Shown here: positions 45,316 to 59,123 of the stretch, one piece after another
Layout of the letters: every line of letters starts with the position of its first letter
Numbering within the stretch: the first letter of the stretch is position 1
NCBI GenBank assembly: GCA_052426225.1
Contig: JBNJNM010000010.1
Location: 310,001-374,000, forward strand
DNA: 64,000 nucleotides
Source: Zancudomyces culisetae HAW-14-8
Lineage: Eukaryota > Fungi > Kickxellomycota
Direction: 5' to 3'
The notes under the pieces: generated by a model
What the model was told of the DNA's origin: nothing
The model's database searches: none
The model's input: only the letters and a program-made list of their open reading frames with translations
Translations under genes and position numbers: made by a program

Positions 45316-48300
45316 ATGGCACACTCATACGATTTAACACAAAGCACAATTAGATTGGTTGGGAATAAAGGAAGTAGGGCAGTAGAGCGGATTCAAAGGA
45401 AGCAAATAAAAAACATAAATCTACTAATATGGTACTACGTAAACAACCAGAAAAGAGTGAGGATGGGGCTATTTATGGCCATGGCGCTCTTTTTTACAAG
45501 ACAAAGTTACAAACTCTACTCGGCTCTTACGAGAGTAGGTGATTCGACAGTTAAAAACACAGAAAAGGGCCAAACCTCGTCAAAGTTCAAGAGTGATGTA
45601 AGTAATGATAATATATAATACTTTTTTGGTACCACATGAATCTCAGTTCAATGGTGTGACTTTTCGAATAAATGTACACACTTATAGATGAACAAGGAGT
45701 TTTTGGATAATTTTAAAAAAATATTGGCAATAATCATTCCTGGAGTTTTCACGAAGGAATTTGGAACTCTTATTATACATTCAATGCTACTAGGTAAGCC
45801 GTACTATCATCACCCCCCCCCCCCCCCCCTTCCTCTCAACGAACAAAAAAATCTTGTTATTATTTTTTACACTTACACATGTTATTCATATTATGGCTAT
45901 TAGTTGCCCGAACCGTAATATCAGTCATGGTAGCATCACTAGATGGAGAGATAGTTAGTAGTATGGTAAGTTTGGTAACTCAGATATATTGCCAACACAA
46001 TCTATAGTTTCATCACCTCCTATTATTTAAATTTTAATCCCTTGTATTACTAACTATAACTATCAAAGGTGTGTGTTTGCTTTTTACTTGTAAGGATTGA
46101 CATTCTGATTAAACATATAAAACCTCTTACCTATGTTACACTAGGTTCGATTAAAATTTAAAGAGTTTTTCAAGGGTATCGGAAAATGGATGCTGCTGTC
46201 TATTCCCGCTACAATCACTAATAGTTCGGTAAGAATAAACGCTACATCACTATTTTTATGTTTTTTGTTTTTTCTTAATATATTTATAACGGCTCTGTAT
46301 TGAACAATAACTAGTATTTATTAGTGTATTCTGTTTACATCAAAATAGCTTGAGTATCTAAAACAGTCGCTTTCCATTCAATTTAATAAGAGACTAAACA
46401 ACAAAATCTATGAAACCTACTTGAAAGGAAACACGTTTTATGCTTTATCTAACCTTGACAACAGAGTCAAGAATGCTGACCAGTAAGTGTCTACTACGCA
46501 CTTTTAATCACATCCGTTAGTATTTTAGCCGTATGCCTGCTAAAATTTGACGATTTTATTTATGAGTGTAACTCGTGAAAGCCTAAAACATGTGCATCAT
46601 TTGATTATGCTGTAAATTAGGGTAATTGTGGTTGATGTACAGAAGCTTTGTAACTCGCTGGCGCTTTTGTACTCAAACATGGCAAAACCTACTCTTGATT
46701 GTCTGGTTTACAACATTGAACTAGCAAAGAGAGTTGGGTTTGAATCGCTATTTGCTGTGAGTATGGTTATTCAACTATCCGCTGCTGTATTAAGAACTAT
46801 CACACCGCCTTTTGGTACTTTGGTTGTCCAGGAGCAGAAGTTAGAGGTAATTTATAATTTGCTTTTTTTAAATCTCTAGTCGTTTAGATAAACGTGTGAG
46901 TAACTGGTATACATTTATAATATATAGGGTGATCTTCACCATGCTCATTCTCGAGTGATAGAGTATTCAGAGGAGATTGCCTTGTTCAGAGGACATGTGT
47001 TTGAGAGAAATGTTATCCAAAAAAAATACAAGCGCTTAATAAAGCATATAAATAGGGTGTTTAAACTGCACGTGTTTTATGGGATGATTGAAGATTTTGT
47101 TATAAAATATTTCTGGGGAGCTGCTGGCTTGGTTACTTGTGCAGTACCAGTTTTTGCTGAGCGTATTCCACCGGTTGAGCAAATGAAGACGTTGATGGAA
47201 AGTGATGAGCTTGTGTTTATGCGAAAAGTAGAATCGACTGCTGAAGATGTTTTAGGAATGAGAACGCGTGATTTTGTTATAAACAGAAGATTGCTATTGA
47301 GTGCTTCTGATGCACTAGGGCGGATAATCAGTTCTTATAAGGAAATAGTTCAGCTAGCAGGATATACTAAACGGGTTTCGGACCTTTTAGACGTTCTTGA
47401 AGAGGTTTCGCAAAACAAGTTTGTCAGAGATAAAATTGCTGGAAGTTCGCTAGCAGAGCAGGATTCTTTAAATGTCTCACGAAGGTTGGAGAAAATGGAG
47501 TTGAGGGAAGCAGGAAAAGTGGTTGAATGTGACTATATTGCTTTCAAGAAGGTGCCAATACTTTCACCAAACGGTGATGTCTTGATTTCAAGCATCTCGT
47601 TTGCCGTCCTTCCTGGGATGAATTTGCTTGTGGTTGGGCCAAATGGGTGTGGAAAATCATCAATGTTTAGAATTCTTGGTGGGTTGTGGCCTGTTTATGG
47701 TGAGTATAAACTTTGATTTTTTATTGTGTATATTTGTATTCCTATCACTAGCTATCATATATGCAACGTGAGCCTATTGGATAAGCAACACGAAATAGCT
47801 GTGTGTTTAATTTTTATAATCTTAGGCGGAACACTCTATCGTCCTCCCAGTTCAAACATTTTTTATCTACCGCAGCGACCATATATGTGTGCTGGAACAC
47901 TCAGAGACCAAATAATTTATCCACACTCGATTTTGGAAATGAAAAAAAACAAGGTTACTGACAGCGATCTTGATAGGATTCTTAGGGTGGTTGAGCTGGG
48001 CTCGTTAGTTGCTAAAGAGGGAGGTTGGAATTCGGTGAAAGAATGGCGAGATTATCTATCAAGTGGGGATAAACAAAAGGTAACATTCCCAAATCTAATA
48101 AATAATAATAAAAAGTTCTGGTCTGTCTTTTTTTTTTGTTATTATTATTATTATTCAGATACTTAAAGAGTTTTTTCTCAACCAATACTTGAATAGATTG
48201 CTATGGCAAGGTTATTTTACCACAAACCAAAGTATGCTATAATGGACGAATGTACAAGTTCTGTTAGTTTAGAGATCGAAGAAATTATGTATACCCATGC

Positions 48301-48648
48301 AGCAAAGCTCAACATCACAATGCTGACTGTATCTCATAGACAGTCGCTCTGGAGATATCACAATTACATTCTTGAGTTTGATGGGCAGGGCAACTACTAT
48401 TTTTCAAAGTTTGATCCAGAGAAAAGGCTTGGTTTGCTGGCAGAAATGCAAAAGGTAAATACCACTGCGTTCAATAATCTGCGCTGTGTCCTATTTCCCA
48501 TTTTTATAAGTATTTTGTATTGTGCGTGGTTCTAATATGTGATAATTCATTTGTTTTATAGCTTGATATGCAGACAAAGCTTTATAAAAGCCTAGACGAG
48601 AAGCTGGGCTCACTAAAACCCGAGTCTTCCTCATTGACAGACGCCTGA
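45316..48648 (+). CDS. Peroxisomal long-chain fatty-acyl-CoA ABC half-transporter (ABCD/PXA family), about 10 exons
   Basis: [32 protein letters not shown] (EAA-like region), LAGYTKRV, Walker [52 protein letters not shown]. Last exon ends ...SLTDA* at 48648. Confidence 0.92.
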
Positions 48649-49151
48649 TTGTACTAGAGCTTTTACAATGTTGCAACTAATGCTTGATATGTGTTTCTAT
48701 ATAATTGATATATTTATACAACCTGTATTTACGTTCTTTATTTTCGGTACCAAACCGCTTTATCTTTTTTTTTGATTAAATAAAATCACGCTACTTTGAT
48801 TCTGATGTCTTACTTTCAGAGCGAGAGAGTAATAAAAGGATGTAGAAGGCTCTTTTATAATGATTTTGTCTTCCTGTCCTTGGAGGAGCACTAATATATG
48901 CGATGCGGTGGATAAGTGGTATTCATAGTGCGTATTTCCAAATTTTATTACGATTAAACCATTTTTTGCCAATTTACAATTTCCGCTTATTTATTTACCT
49001 TATTTCTTTTGTTAATAAATAACAGCCTTCTCAAGACAAGTTTAAAGTAGTCTAAAGATTTAAACATATTCAAATTCTGGAGACAAAAAACAATCAACAA
49101 ATTGTGCATTTTTTAAAAGATATCGAGGAATTGATCTAATACTTTCACGAA

Positions 49152-50828
49152 ATGGTAAGATTTTTTTTTAATATTTAGCCCTCTGTTGCACAGCTTTGGT
49201 ATAATGGATTTATCACCACGTAATTTGAACGCACATTCTTTCTTTTTCCTCCTTAGCATGGCCGTGCTAGGATTAATAGAAGTAAAGAAGAAGAGTTAGA
49301 GCACAAGCTGCAGGAAAAGAGGGAGGTTGAAAGATACAAGCAAGTGATATCCAGCGTCCTGGAACATGTAAGTATTTTTATATAGTGTTTATCACAAACT
49401 ATTCTATATTTACCACCTTTGATAATCTTCTATTCTCTATTCTCTGGTCCTTCAATCTTTATGTTTTTTCATGGAATGAAATATTGATTCATCAAATATC
49501 TTTTATGTATGGAAGACGAATTTAATGGTAAATATTTGTAATAGAGAGAAAAAAAGTCGTACACAAAAGAAGCGCTACAATGTACCACGACAATGCTCGA
49601 ACTCAATCCCGAATTTCACACAGTTTGGAACTACCGAAGAGAGATACTCCTTGCGTTATTTGATGGGATCGAGCAGGCAGAAAAGCAGCAGTTTTTGGAC
49701 AAGGACTTGGAATTCATCAACAAAGCTATCCGGAAAAACATAAAAAGCTATTGGATGTGGAACCATAGGCTATGGATCCTAGAAAATATGCCCACGCCTG
49801 GCTGGGATAAGGAGTTGGGGCTGGTTGACATGCTTTTCAACATTGATGCTACAAACTGTAAGTTTTTTGTTTTTTTTTTTTTCTGGGGGATCCTTGGAGT
49901 TTTATTGCCCGATACCATATCTTATTTATCATACGGAATATCAAGCTTTTTGTACTTTTTGTAAGATCCAGCATCAAAATATAAATATTGGTCAACTAGT
50001 TCACGGATGGGACTACCGAAGGATGGTGGTGGAGCGGCTCAAGGCTTTAGGTGAATCAAAAAAGATAATTACCAAAGAGTTCAACTACACAAAATCCAGA
50101 ATTAAAGATAACTTTGCAAACCACTCGGCCTGGCACTACCGCAGCAAGTTACTACCACAAGTAATGGATGGTCTGGACCATGGCTTGAAATCTAAAGTTC
50201 TGTCCAATGGTGAGCTGTGCCCCTTTTTTTGGCCCATAAATTTATCATGCTTAAGGCTGAAGCTCTTCTTTTAACTATAACCGAATTGAATTTTTAGAGG
50301 TGAAAATGATAAAGACAGCGATATATTCTGACCCTGATGATCAAAACGCGTGGCTGTATTACGATTGGTTGATAGAATTTGGTAAGGCATATTTGTATCA
50401 TTTAACCAAGGGATTATTTTCAAAAATATCACATACAAACTCTTATTGGTATTATGTGCACTTTAGATTCCAATAAGGATAAAATGATAGAGGGAGGAAT
50501 TGTGATGGCAAAGGAGTTGTTAGAATTAGAACCCAACTCAAAGTGTAAGATGATCACATACATTTTCTATGATAAATCACTACTTTACATTTTAACTGCA
50601 ACGACCAATTTTTTAATACGGGTTTCCTCAAATATATCTGTTATAGATGCTCTTAAGGTTTTGGTGAAATATAACACTTATCATTCACAAAGCTTTTCAA
50701 TCCCTTCTGAAAAAATTAAGGAGTGTCTAGAGTGCTTAGAGAGACTTAAAAGGATTGATACACTTAGGCTAGGCCAATATCAGGATATGGAGAAATCGAT
50801 TACTTTCTTGAAAGCAAACGGAATATAA
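49152..50828 (+). CDS. BET4: Rab geranylgeranyltransferase alpha subunit, multi-exon, first coding exon is ATG only
   Basis: ATG|gtaaga...ttag|CATGGCCGT gives MHGR; PPTA repeats LNPEFHTVWNYRR, KSYWMWNHRLW, HGWDYRR, NFANHSAWHYRSKL, DPDDQNAWLY; C-terminal L.RIDTLR..QY.D. Confidence 0.9.
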
Positions 50829-51363
50829 CTGTAGCATTATGTACCACATCGCTTGAGCTCTATGATTGTAAAGATAAAGTCACACGGTTTTCTTTTGCTT
50901 ACTTCCACAGAACTCCTTTGTTTCCAACTGATCAGCACAAAACACAAATATTTGGCCAGTTGTTTAGATTTTTATATGTGAATCAGGTGTATAACTACCA
51001 CTGACCACAAAATGCATCTACTTGTTTAATTTGCAGCATAATTTTGAATACTGTTGAGTTAGTAGCTACGTTTACGTGTTTGTAAGAGCTTTAGGGCGCG
51101 TTTTTCAAAGTAACTGATAGTATAAAATTGATATTAAGCTGTGTGTGGTTCAAACGGCTGATTGATTCTCATAAACTTGTATTCGATGAGGTAGTAATCG
51201 ACTGAGAGATTTGCCTTTGTATGAAAATGAAAGATTTATAGTGATATAGCAACAATATTATAAACAACAGATCTATCCGACTGCCTCTTTAGCGAATGTT
51301 GGAGAGTTTATAGTAAAAACAATATTAATAAAAACAGGCAAAAATAACGAAAAGAAAAGAGAT

Positions 51364-52129
51364 CTAACAACCTTTCAACTTTCTCTTGGCAATAGATTTA
51401 AGCTTAGCAGCTTTTCCTTTTGGTGTACCTTTGATGGATGGTTTTATGTTGTATGGTTCGATTCCAAGTCTATTTCGTGCGTTAGAAGAGTATTTTTATC
51501 TTTAAATGGTGGCTTTTGTGCTTTCAAACCGGAAAAAAGGCGGGGGGGGGGGGGAAATGTTAAAACACTATGCTCTTACCTCATTTTGTTAGTCCAACTC
51601 AAAATCCATTTTCTTTGTTTCACTGGGATACCAAGATCCTTCATTGTTTTTCCGTCTGCTTTAAAAAGATGGTCCCAGTCCTAAAACAATTATTGTTATT
51701 AGTTTTCACATTACAGCAAGGTTATTGATTTGGTAAAATATTTCAATCCTTGATCATATCTTTAAATTTAAATTTACTTACAGTGAACTTCGAGTTATAT
51801 TTTGCACAGTCACGCCCAATAGTATTCAGAAATATCTCTGTAGATTGTATTTTTCCTAGATTTGACAATAATGCAGTTTGGTTATTTAGAGCAACAGATT
51901 TATTCTAAAGGAAATAAATGTCGATTTTGGAGATTTAAACATGCAATAACATAACCCCCTAATCTTCAGCCAAGATTAAAAAAAAAAAGTACTCTTGCAT
52001 CATTTAATTAATAGAAAACTTACCATATGGCATTGGAATTCTCTTTGCTGCCACTCCAGTAGAATATGATCTGAGCAAATTCGAGGGATTTACCGCCCGC
52101 CCCAAAATTTTAAACCTGTTTACAAACAT
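51364..52129 (-). CDS. FYV4: Mitochondrial small-subunit protein mS41/Fyv4 (IGR motif), 4 exons
   Basis: Manual splice gives MFVNRFKILGR...RIPMPY|GKIQSTEIFLNTIGRDCAKYNSKFT|DWDHLFKADGKTMKDLGIPVKQRKWILSWTNKMR|LGIEP...KGC*. Absent from the ORF track. Confidence 0.85.
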
Positions 52130-52607
52130 TTTCGCAAGATGTTGTCTTAAATGCCGCTGATTTCGAACCGAATAGTGCCTCTCGCCACACTTTTAAAGTT
52201 ACTATTGAATATATCTGATTTGTATTCAATTTGGTTGTTAGAAACCACTATTAAAATATTTTTATTATCTATAAGCCCTGATTCATCCAAATCAGAAAAG
52301 TTTCAAATGATTAGAAAAAAAAAAGCAAGAAAATTTGGGGGGGAAAGAGAGAATCATTTTCAAAGCACATTCCGAGCATTAGCATTTATTGGCTAGGTAT
52401 ACAACTTTTCGGCCAAATCAGTATGAAAGGCTACTATTGGCTGAAACAGTTCTCAACAATAAAAACCCATTTTCGGAAAGCTAAAACCAAACTACAAATA
52501 AAGCCTAACCCCGTTAATTTAACGCAATGTCACCCTTTTGTTTTTTTTGGTCGTTTTTTTTTTGTAATATCCACAGTATAGGCTTGAATAGTAAAACAGC
52601 AACAAAC

Positions 52608-53986
52608 ATGTCAATCCTGACCAGAGTCTTCGTATACATTTTGCTAGCTCTACTAAAGGGAGGGTCAGCTGAGACTCCTGATGGGATATTTCGGGATACT
52701 AGACACACAAACAATTGGGCAGTGCTGGTAAGTTTCAAATATTCTAAATGTATATGCTTCTTTGGTGCGAGATTTAACATTTAACCTATATTTTTTTAAA
52801 AACAAAAAACCAAAGGTGTGCACTTCGAGGTTCTGGTTTAACTATAGACATGTGGCCAATACCATGGCTATGTACCGAACCGTGAAAAGGTTGGGGATAC
52901 CAGATTCCAACATTATATTAATGCTGGCCGACGATATGGCATGTAATCCTAGAAACCAAGTTCCTGGAGCCGTTTTTGATCATCCAAACAAAGTTGTTGA
53001 TCTGTATGGTGATAATATTGAGGTAGATTACAGAGGCTATGAAGTAACCGTCGAAAACTTTATACGATTACTGACAGGTAAATATATTTTTTTATGTCAT
53101 CAATTATGCCTATTGTTAGTATATGTATATGTATATTTATATGCATTTCCATCACGACTTTCACGATATTTTTTTCTCTCTATACTCGCTGCCATACTTT
53201 CTGGTTCTGGAATTATTATCTAAAAAAAACTATATTTAACTAGGCCGAGTAACTCCAGAAACGCCACGTAGCAAGCGACTATTAACCGATGACAAATCCA
53301 ACATTCTCATATTTATGACAGGACACGGAGGTGATGAATTTTTAAAGTTTCAGGACTTTAACGAAATTAGCAGCTATGATATTGCGTATGCTTTTGCTCA
53401 AATGTGGGAAAAGAAAAGATATAACGAAATACTCTTTATGATTGACACGTGTCAGGCAAATACGATGTATAAAACCTTTTACTCGCCCAACATAATTGCC
53501 ATGGGGTCAAGTAACAAGGGAGAGAATTCATATTCGTACCACCACGATTATGAACTGGGAGTATCCGTGATAGATAGATTTACTTACTCAAATCTAAACT
53601 TTTTTGAACGTGTGAAACCCGGAAGCAAGTTAACATTGCAGGATTTAGTCAATTCATACGACAAAGACTTTATTGCATCTACGCCTGGGATTCGTACCGA
53701 TCTCTTCAAACGACACCTGAATGAAACACTACTTTCTGAGTTTTTCGGTGCTGAACAAAACCTTGAATTGACTAAAAATACTGTTAAAGTCACACCACAG
53801 AATAATCAGCCTCGAAGAAATAAAGTTTCGTTGAGTACAAGGTTAGAATCTTACAAGGGTGTTGTTACGCGTGAGTCCAACAATCATCGTCTTGAAGTTA
53901 AACATGCCAATTTTGAATATTTGAATACAGTTGGGTCACTGATGTTTATGCTATTTTCCTATTCTATATACTCCCTATTTGTTTAG
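52608..53986 (+). CDS. GPI8: GPI-anchor transamidase catalytic subunit (peptidase C13), 3 exons
   Basis: Signal peptide, HTNNWAVL|[24 protein letters not shown], catalytic GHGG and DTCQA, C-terminal TM. Confidence 0.96.
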
Positions 53987-54580
53987 TCTTGACTTTCTTT
54001 TTTTACGTGTTTGTATTTTTGCATTTTTTTTATACCGTATGTAACCGCTATGGCAGTGTAAACCAGGCGAACAGAAATATAGTGGCATGAAGAAGCGTTA
54101 TTTGGATTCAGCCCGTTTATAAAAATAGTATGAGTAAGCTGGTTCATGCTCAACTGTGCGGGAATACATTTTATATTTATCAGCGTAGTATAAGGGAGGA
54201 GCGGTAGGGGCAGGGGCAGGGGCAGGTGTAGAATGTTGCTAAATATACCCACAATTTTTTTTGTTTATTGTGAGCTGTAATGACATATGTTATTATGATA
54301 GACCTCTCATGTAAAACTAGGACATAGATAGAGGTAAAACAACGAGTTATCGACCACTTTGTTTTTCTGATTTACCTTTCACATTGACACCATTATTTTT
54401 ACAAAAAAAAACCCCCCAACTACAAAGGAAAAAGTATACACTTGTATATTTAAATAAGCATTTACCCCTTCCAATACTGACACACAAGGCTTTATGGTGC
54501 TGTAAGCACAGATATATTTGTAGTGTTGAAAGCTGGCAGGCTATAACCTTTTTGGTATCGAATACACCACATCATTTATT

Positions 54581-56404
54581 ATGTATCAACTATTATTTGT
54601 ATATTCTCGAATAGTAATCCTGGTGCTTCATTCCATCATTGTGCTATGTATCAACTCGACCCCAACTTACAGGTATTTAGTACTCAATATTGTTAAAATG
54701 TTTATAAGCGATGTATCTATCAAGGTGGATACTTTTATCTATTTACTAATAAACATAAACGGAATGGAACATCAAAAAAAAAAAAGAATAGAGCTAAGAC
54801 AAGCGTCTCTACCGCCAATAAAACCCAGATCGCTTAATAAACCAGCCAGAGGGCTATATGTCCGTGCGCATACCCGCCATAGGTTAAAAAATGTACATGA
54901 CGTATATGTAAAGTGATCAACTACTCCGTCGTTTTATTTCTATCATTACAGCTACGTTTTTTATTCTGGGTATATACACATCACCTATTCTAACCAACTG
55001 TGCACATTATTCATAGTATTATGGAGTCGTCAAAATAGGTAATTCTAAGCCAAGAAAAAAAAGAATAAAAGGAGAATAAACCAAGTAAACGCATTACTAT
55101 TGAATATTATAATCTGGATTAATGCTTAATAGGACACCCTCCCCAAGAGTTTAAGGTTAATTTCGACACTGGTTCCCCGTATCTATGGGTTCCTGGGAAC
55201 AATTGCGTTTCAGTGTCTTGCAAACAGCATACCAGATATATACCGAGCATATCTACCACCTTCCAAGATATTGGTGGACTTTATTCGACAAATTATAGAA
55301 CAGGAACTGTAAAAGCTCTTTCAGGTATGGATAACGTTCAACTGGAGGAAATAAACCTACCAAATCAAACCTTTTTCTACACACTTGAACAGGATAGTAC
55401 CTTTGATTCACCACAGGTTGAGTTTGATGGGATATTTGGTCTGGGGTTAGGTCACAATGCTAAGCAAGGTAATGTTAAATACTCAAAAAAAAGTCTAAGC
55501 TTCGCCAATGTAGAGCCGGAGTTTCTTGAGCAAATTAATAATAAAAATATACATAGGTGTAGCATCTGAATCCAAATTTGACCTCCTACCAGTATCACCA
55601 TTATCGAAGCTAAAAGATGTTCTTCAATACGAAAACAGAACATTCTCGTTTAACGTTGCTGGCAGCCAGAACCAAATCGAAACATTGGTTGTTGGAGGGA
55701 TTGAAAAAGCCTGTTTTAGAGGTGATCTCAAATGGATGAGTCTTACTTCCTACTCTAACTGGGAAATCAGTCTTGACAGAATATACTATCATAAACCCAA
55801 AAGTAATCTGTTGGGTATAGAAACAAACAGACCATTTGAAAATCCACATGTAGGTTTAGAAACGGAGGGGGTTGGGAACATCAATGGAGCTAGAGAACGC
55901 TTTGTTAACCACACAGCGGTTTTGGACACAGGTACCACATTCATAATTGGTGATAGGGCTACTGTTGATAGGATAAACAGGATTATCGGTGCAAACTTGG
56001 TTTCTGGTGTCATTGATTGCAAAAAATCAAAAAAACTGAAAAATATTTTCGTGGTGCTTGGTGGACATTTGTTCAAATTGGAGCCCAAGTATTATATATA
56101 CTACGATAGGAAGAGTGGCTTGTGCTTTTCTTCGTGGGTAGCAGATGATAAAGGTACATCTTGGGTTGTGGGAATCTCGTTTCTGAAAAGGTATTACACT
56201 GTATTTGACTTTGAGAATTACAGGATAGGAATAGGTATGTGTTTGTGTTTGTATTTGTATCTGTGCTTGTCAGTATTAAGTGTGTTTGGTTTTATTAATT
56301 GAATACACGAGCGGTACGTACTTGTATTTTTACTTGGAATACCAGCAAAAAAAAAAGGTGAACGTATAAAAGCTATCAATCGCATAATTTTGGAGATGAT
56401 CTAA
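54581..56404 (+). CDS. Secreted/vacuolar pepsin-like (A1) aspartic protease, multi-exon; termini approximate
   Basis: Signal-like first exon, LKNVHDVY|YYGVVKIG|HPPQEFKVNFDTGSPYLWVP, FDGIFGLG, second catalytic AVLDTGTT, WVVGISFLKRYYTVFD..N.RIG. Confidence 0.88.
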
Positions 56405-56627
56405 TAAAATTGCTATAAATGTTAACCCTTAGCTGAATATCGGTCGCAAGCTTTCCCAAAAAGTAAAATAGAAAACGAAACTGGTAGATAGTGTGAGCAT
56501 ATTATGCCAGAAATACATATAAAAGATAAAGACGAGGTATTTGCAAAGGGGATATATCAAGCTCAAACCCAAGAGCAAGAACAAAGCATCAAATATAATA
56601 TTCGAAAGTTTAGCATATAAAAAAGAG

Positions 56628-58316
56628 CTATATTACATGTTTTAATTGAGAAAAGGACTTGTACATTTGAGCAATGCTGTCGTAACCCAGAGATATCCTT
56701 TTTAGAATTGTTTGAACAGAATCGTTGCTCTTGTTGGCCTCTAAAACCTCATCAACCTTGGATTTGGTTACTTGTATTTTATCATAAACACTTTTTAGCT
56801 TCTGCGTTTTAAAGGCATTGGAAGGTGGTTTAACAAGGATCCAAAAGTGTCTACTCAACTCAAAGCTCTCTGCATACAGTATTTGTATTTTTTTTGCCAG
56901 ATCGGCGTCTCCGATAAGACTTTCTAACGTAATATTGGAATCAAACTTGCTAGTTTTTTTGAGAATAGATGCATTAAGCTGTTGCATTGTAGATTCAAAG
57001 ACAGCAGAATCCACATCAAAACTAAGCTTCCCAGAAATACTGTGGAGGCTCTTCTTGCTCGACTCCAATATTTGAATTAGTTCGTCTTCACCCAATTCTT
57101 CGCTTTCAGTTGTAGATTCAGGTAAATTGAAGTAACTCTTTGTGTCTTTGAGATTTAAAAGAATTCCGCGATTTTGGTCGTGCTTTTTCAAGTCTTCAAT
57201 GATGATAGCGTTGGCAATTGAATCACTTTTACCATTCCTAGCTTTAGAAATGCTCTGCAACACCAGTTCTGAGTGCCTGTTAAACCTTCTAATTAACGAT
57301 AAGCTCTCCTTATCCCGCCCTGGCTGCATCGTTATATCTTTCTCATTCCCTGTAGTAGGATGATCCTCTTCTGTTCTTGTCAAGTCCAAGAGAGGCCCCA
57401 GCTGGAATCCCTTGTTGGCCACATCTCCACCGCTATTAAGGTATTTATCTTCATTTTCCATACATTCGTCAAATATGCTGTCCCGTTCCGCAAGAGCCGA
57501 CCTTTTAACTCTGTTTCTATTAAAATATTGTGATGCAAGAAATCTCCTCCAAAACTCCTTCTCACTTATTTTATTAGGCACGTTTTCGATATACGCATTT
57601 TTTATCTCGGGATATTGTTTGAAAATACTCTTTGCTATTTCAGGCGTAATTGTGTATTTGTAGTTTCCATTATCTTGCATCTCTGGCGCCAGATCCACCC
57701 ATTCTGCACCCTCACCCTTTTTCATGCTAAGTTGTATTCTATAGTCTGCAAGAATATTCTCTCGACTACTCCAAAACTCCTCCTCATCCACCAATCCATT
57801 CAACACCAAATTTTTGTGAAGTAGTGCAAGATCGGGGTTTTGCTCCAGTACCATTGTCCGGAGCTTAATGTCCTGTCGCGATAATTTGACCTTCTTCCTA
57901 CTGCTTTGCTGAACACTAGTTGCAGCCTCATTTTTTCGGGCTAGTAAATTGCTACTGTTGCTACTTTCGGACCTAGCAAGTGCAGATTGCCTTACCTGAC
58001 TTATTTTCACTGCAATCGCATTCTTAAAACTATCGCGTTCGTTTTTTGCAACCTCCTTGCTACTTTCTATCCATTCAAACGTGTAGATGAGGTCTGTACC
58101 CTTGGATGAATTTACCGTCAATCTAAGTTTGATCCTAGATGACTCCTGTGTACTCACTTGCTGATTTTTTATCTGATTAAAGGGTATTGTGATTGTAACT
58201 TTGCTGCTATCTTTGATTACCCAAGCCAGTCGCTTGTTTGTATAGTAGAGCGTACCTTCCTTTTTGTTTAGGATAGTTGCACTTTTAAGATCAATGTTTT
58301 CGCCCGGCTCCCACAT
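56628..58316 (-). CDS. TFB1: TFIIH subunit p62 (PH domain plus two BSD domains)
   Basis: N-terminal PH-like region, LHKNLVLNGLVDEEEFWSSR, IFKQYP.I..AY..NVP..ISEKEFWRRF, IRRFNRHSELVL. Confidence 0.9.
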   Translation of the reverse strand: MWEPGENIDLKSATILNKKEGTLYYTNKRLAWVIKDSSKVTITIPFNQIKNQQVSTQESSRIKLRLTVNSSKGTDLIYTFEWIESSKEVAKNERDSFKNAIAVKISQVRQSALARSESSNSSNLLARKNEAATSVQQSSRKKVKLSRQDIKLRTMVLEQNPDLALLHKNLVLNGLVDEEEFWSSRENILADYRIQLSMKKGEGAEWVDLAPEMQDNGNYKYTITPEIAKSIFKQYPEIKNAYIENVPNKISEKEFWRRFLASQYFNRNRVKRSALAERDSIFDECMENEDKYLNSGGDVANKGFQLGPLLDLTRTEEDHPTTGNEKDITMQPGRDKESLSLIRRFNRHSELVLQSISKARNGKSDSIANAIIIEDLKKHDQNRGILLNLKDTKSYFNLPESTTESEELGEDELIQILESSKKSLHSISGKLSFDVDSAVFESTMQQLNASILKKTSKFDSNITLESLIGDADLAKKIQILYAESFELSRHFWILVKPPSNAFKTQKLKSVYDKIQVTKSKVDEVLEANKSNDSVQTILKRISLGYDSIAQMYKSFSQLKHVI

Positions 58317-59123
58317 TTTCGTTTATTTGTACCCTTTCTTGCTGGTTGTTTTGAGTTACTTTAATAAGGAAATACCAATATGCTCTAGACTGCGATAGTT
58401 TTATCTCCAAAAATCTACCAAATCGTACAAACTAAGGGTATACTCAAATTCGTGCTTTATGCCTTGCCGTATTCTGTTATTGTTGATTTATCCAGCTTTT
58501 TTGCGTAAGGAATATTTTCCTGTAGTTCAATCCAAATTGATTGAGCTAACATAAATATCAAAGAAAAAATATTATTATTTGACAAGGCAGGCCAATTTGC
58601 AAAAAATATTAAAAATAACTATAAATCCTCCCAATCCTTTTAGGGCGGAGCTGACAATGATTTAATTTTATTCAATAGCTAAAACTACCTGTCGTTTATA
58701 TTTCACAAGGCTTTTACTGTCGCATCTATGCCAGCGGTACAGAAAAAAAGCTATATACTCTCTCATTCTAAAGATATACTGGGGGCGTCTAGTTAGTCAC
58801 TGAACAGCCCGTATTTCCACCTATGCTACAACACCACTGCTATTTAGGGCGCATTGTTAAGAGTTGCATAGTCAAATATACTTAATGAGGGTAATCGCCC
58901 AACATCTTTATCTTCAAAAATCAGTAAAGCTATTTTTATATTAAAAATCAAGAAAACTAGTGGGATGTCCATTCGTAAAATCTTTGAAAGGTAAAATAAT
59001 ATGCAAAAAGAAAAAAAAAAGCCCTGAATCAACCTCCTTTTTCAGCTCACCACCACTACATAATTAAAGTCTCAACCAACAAAAGTAAATTTATTCTAGA
59101 AAAAAATAGAGTAGTGAAAAGGA

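Noticed and set aside
1-53986. GPI7, GPI8 and a GPI-anchored ECM33-like gene as a functional cluster
   Set aside because: They are separated by tens of kb and many unrelated housekeeping genes; chance co-location is sufficient.
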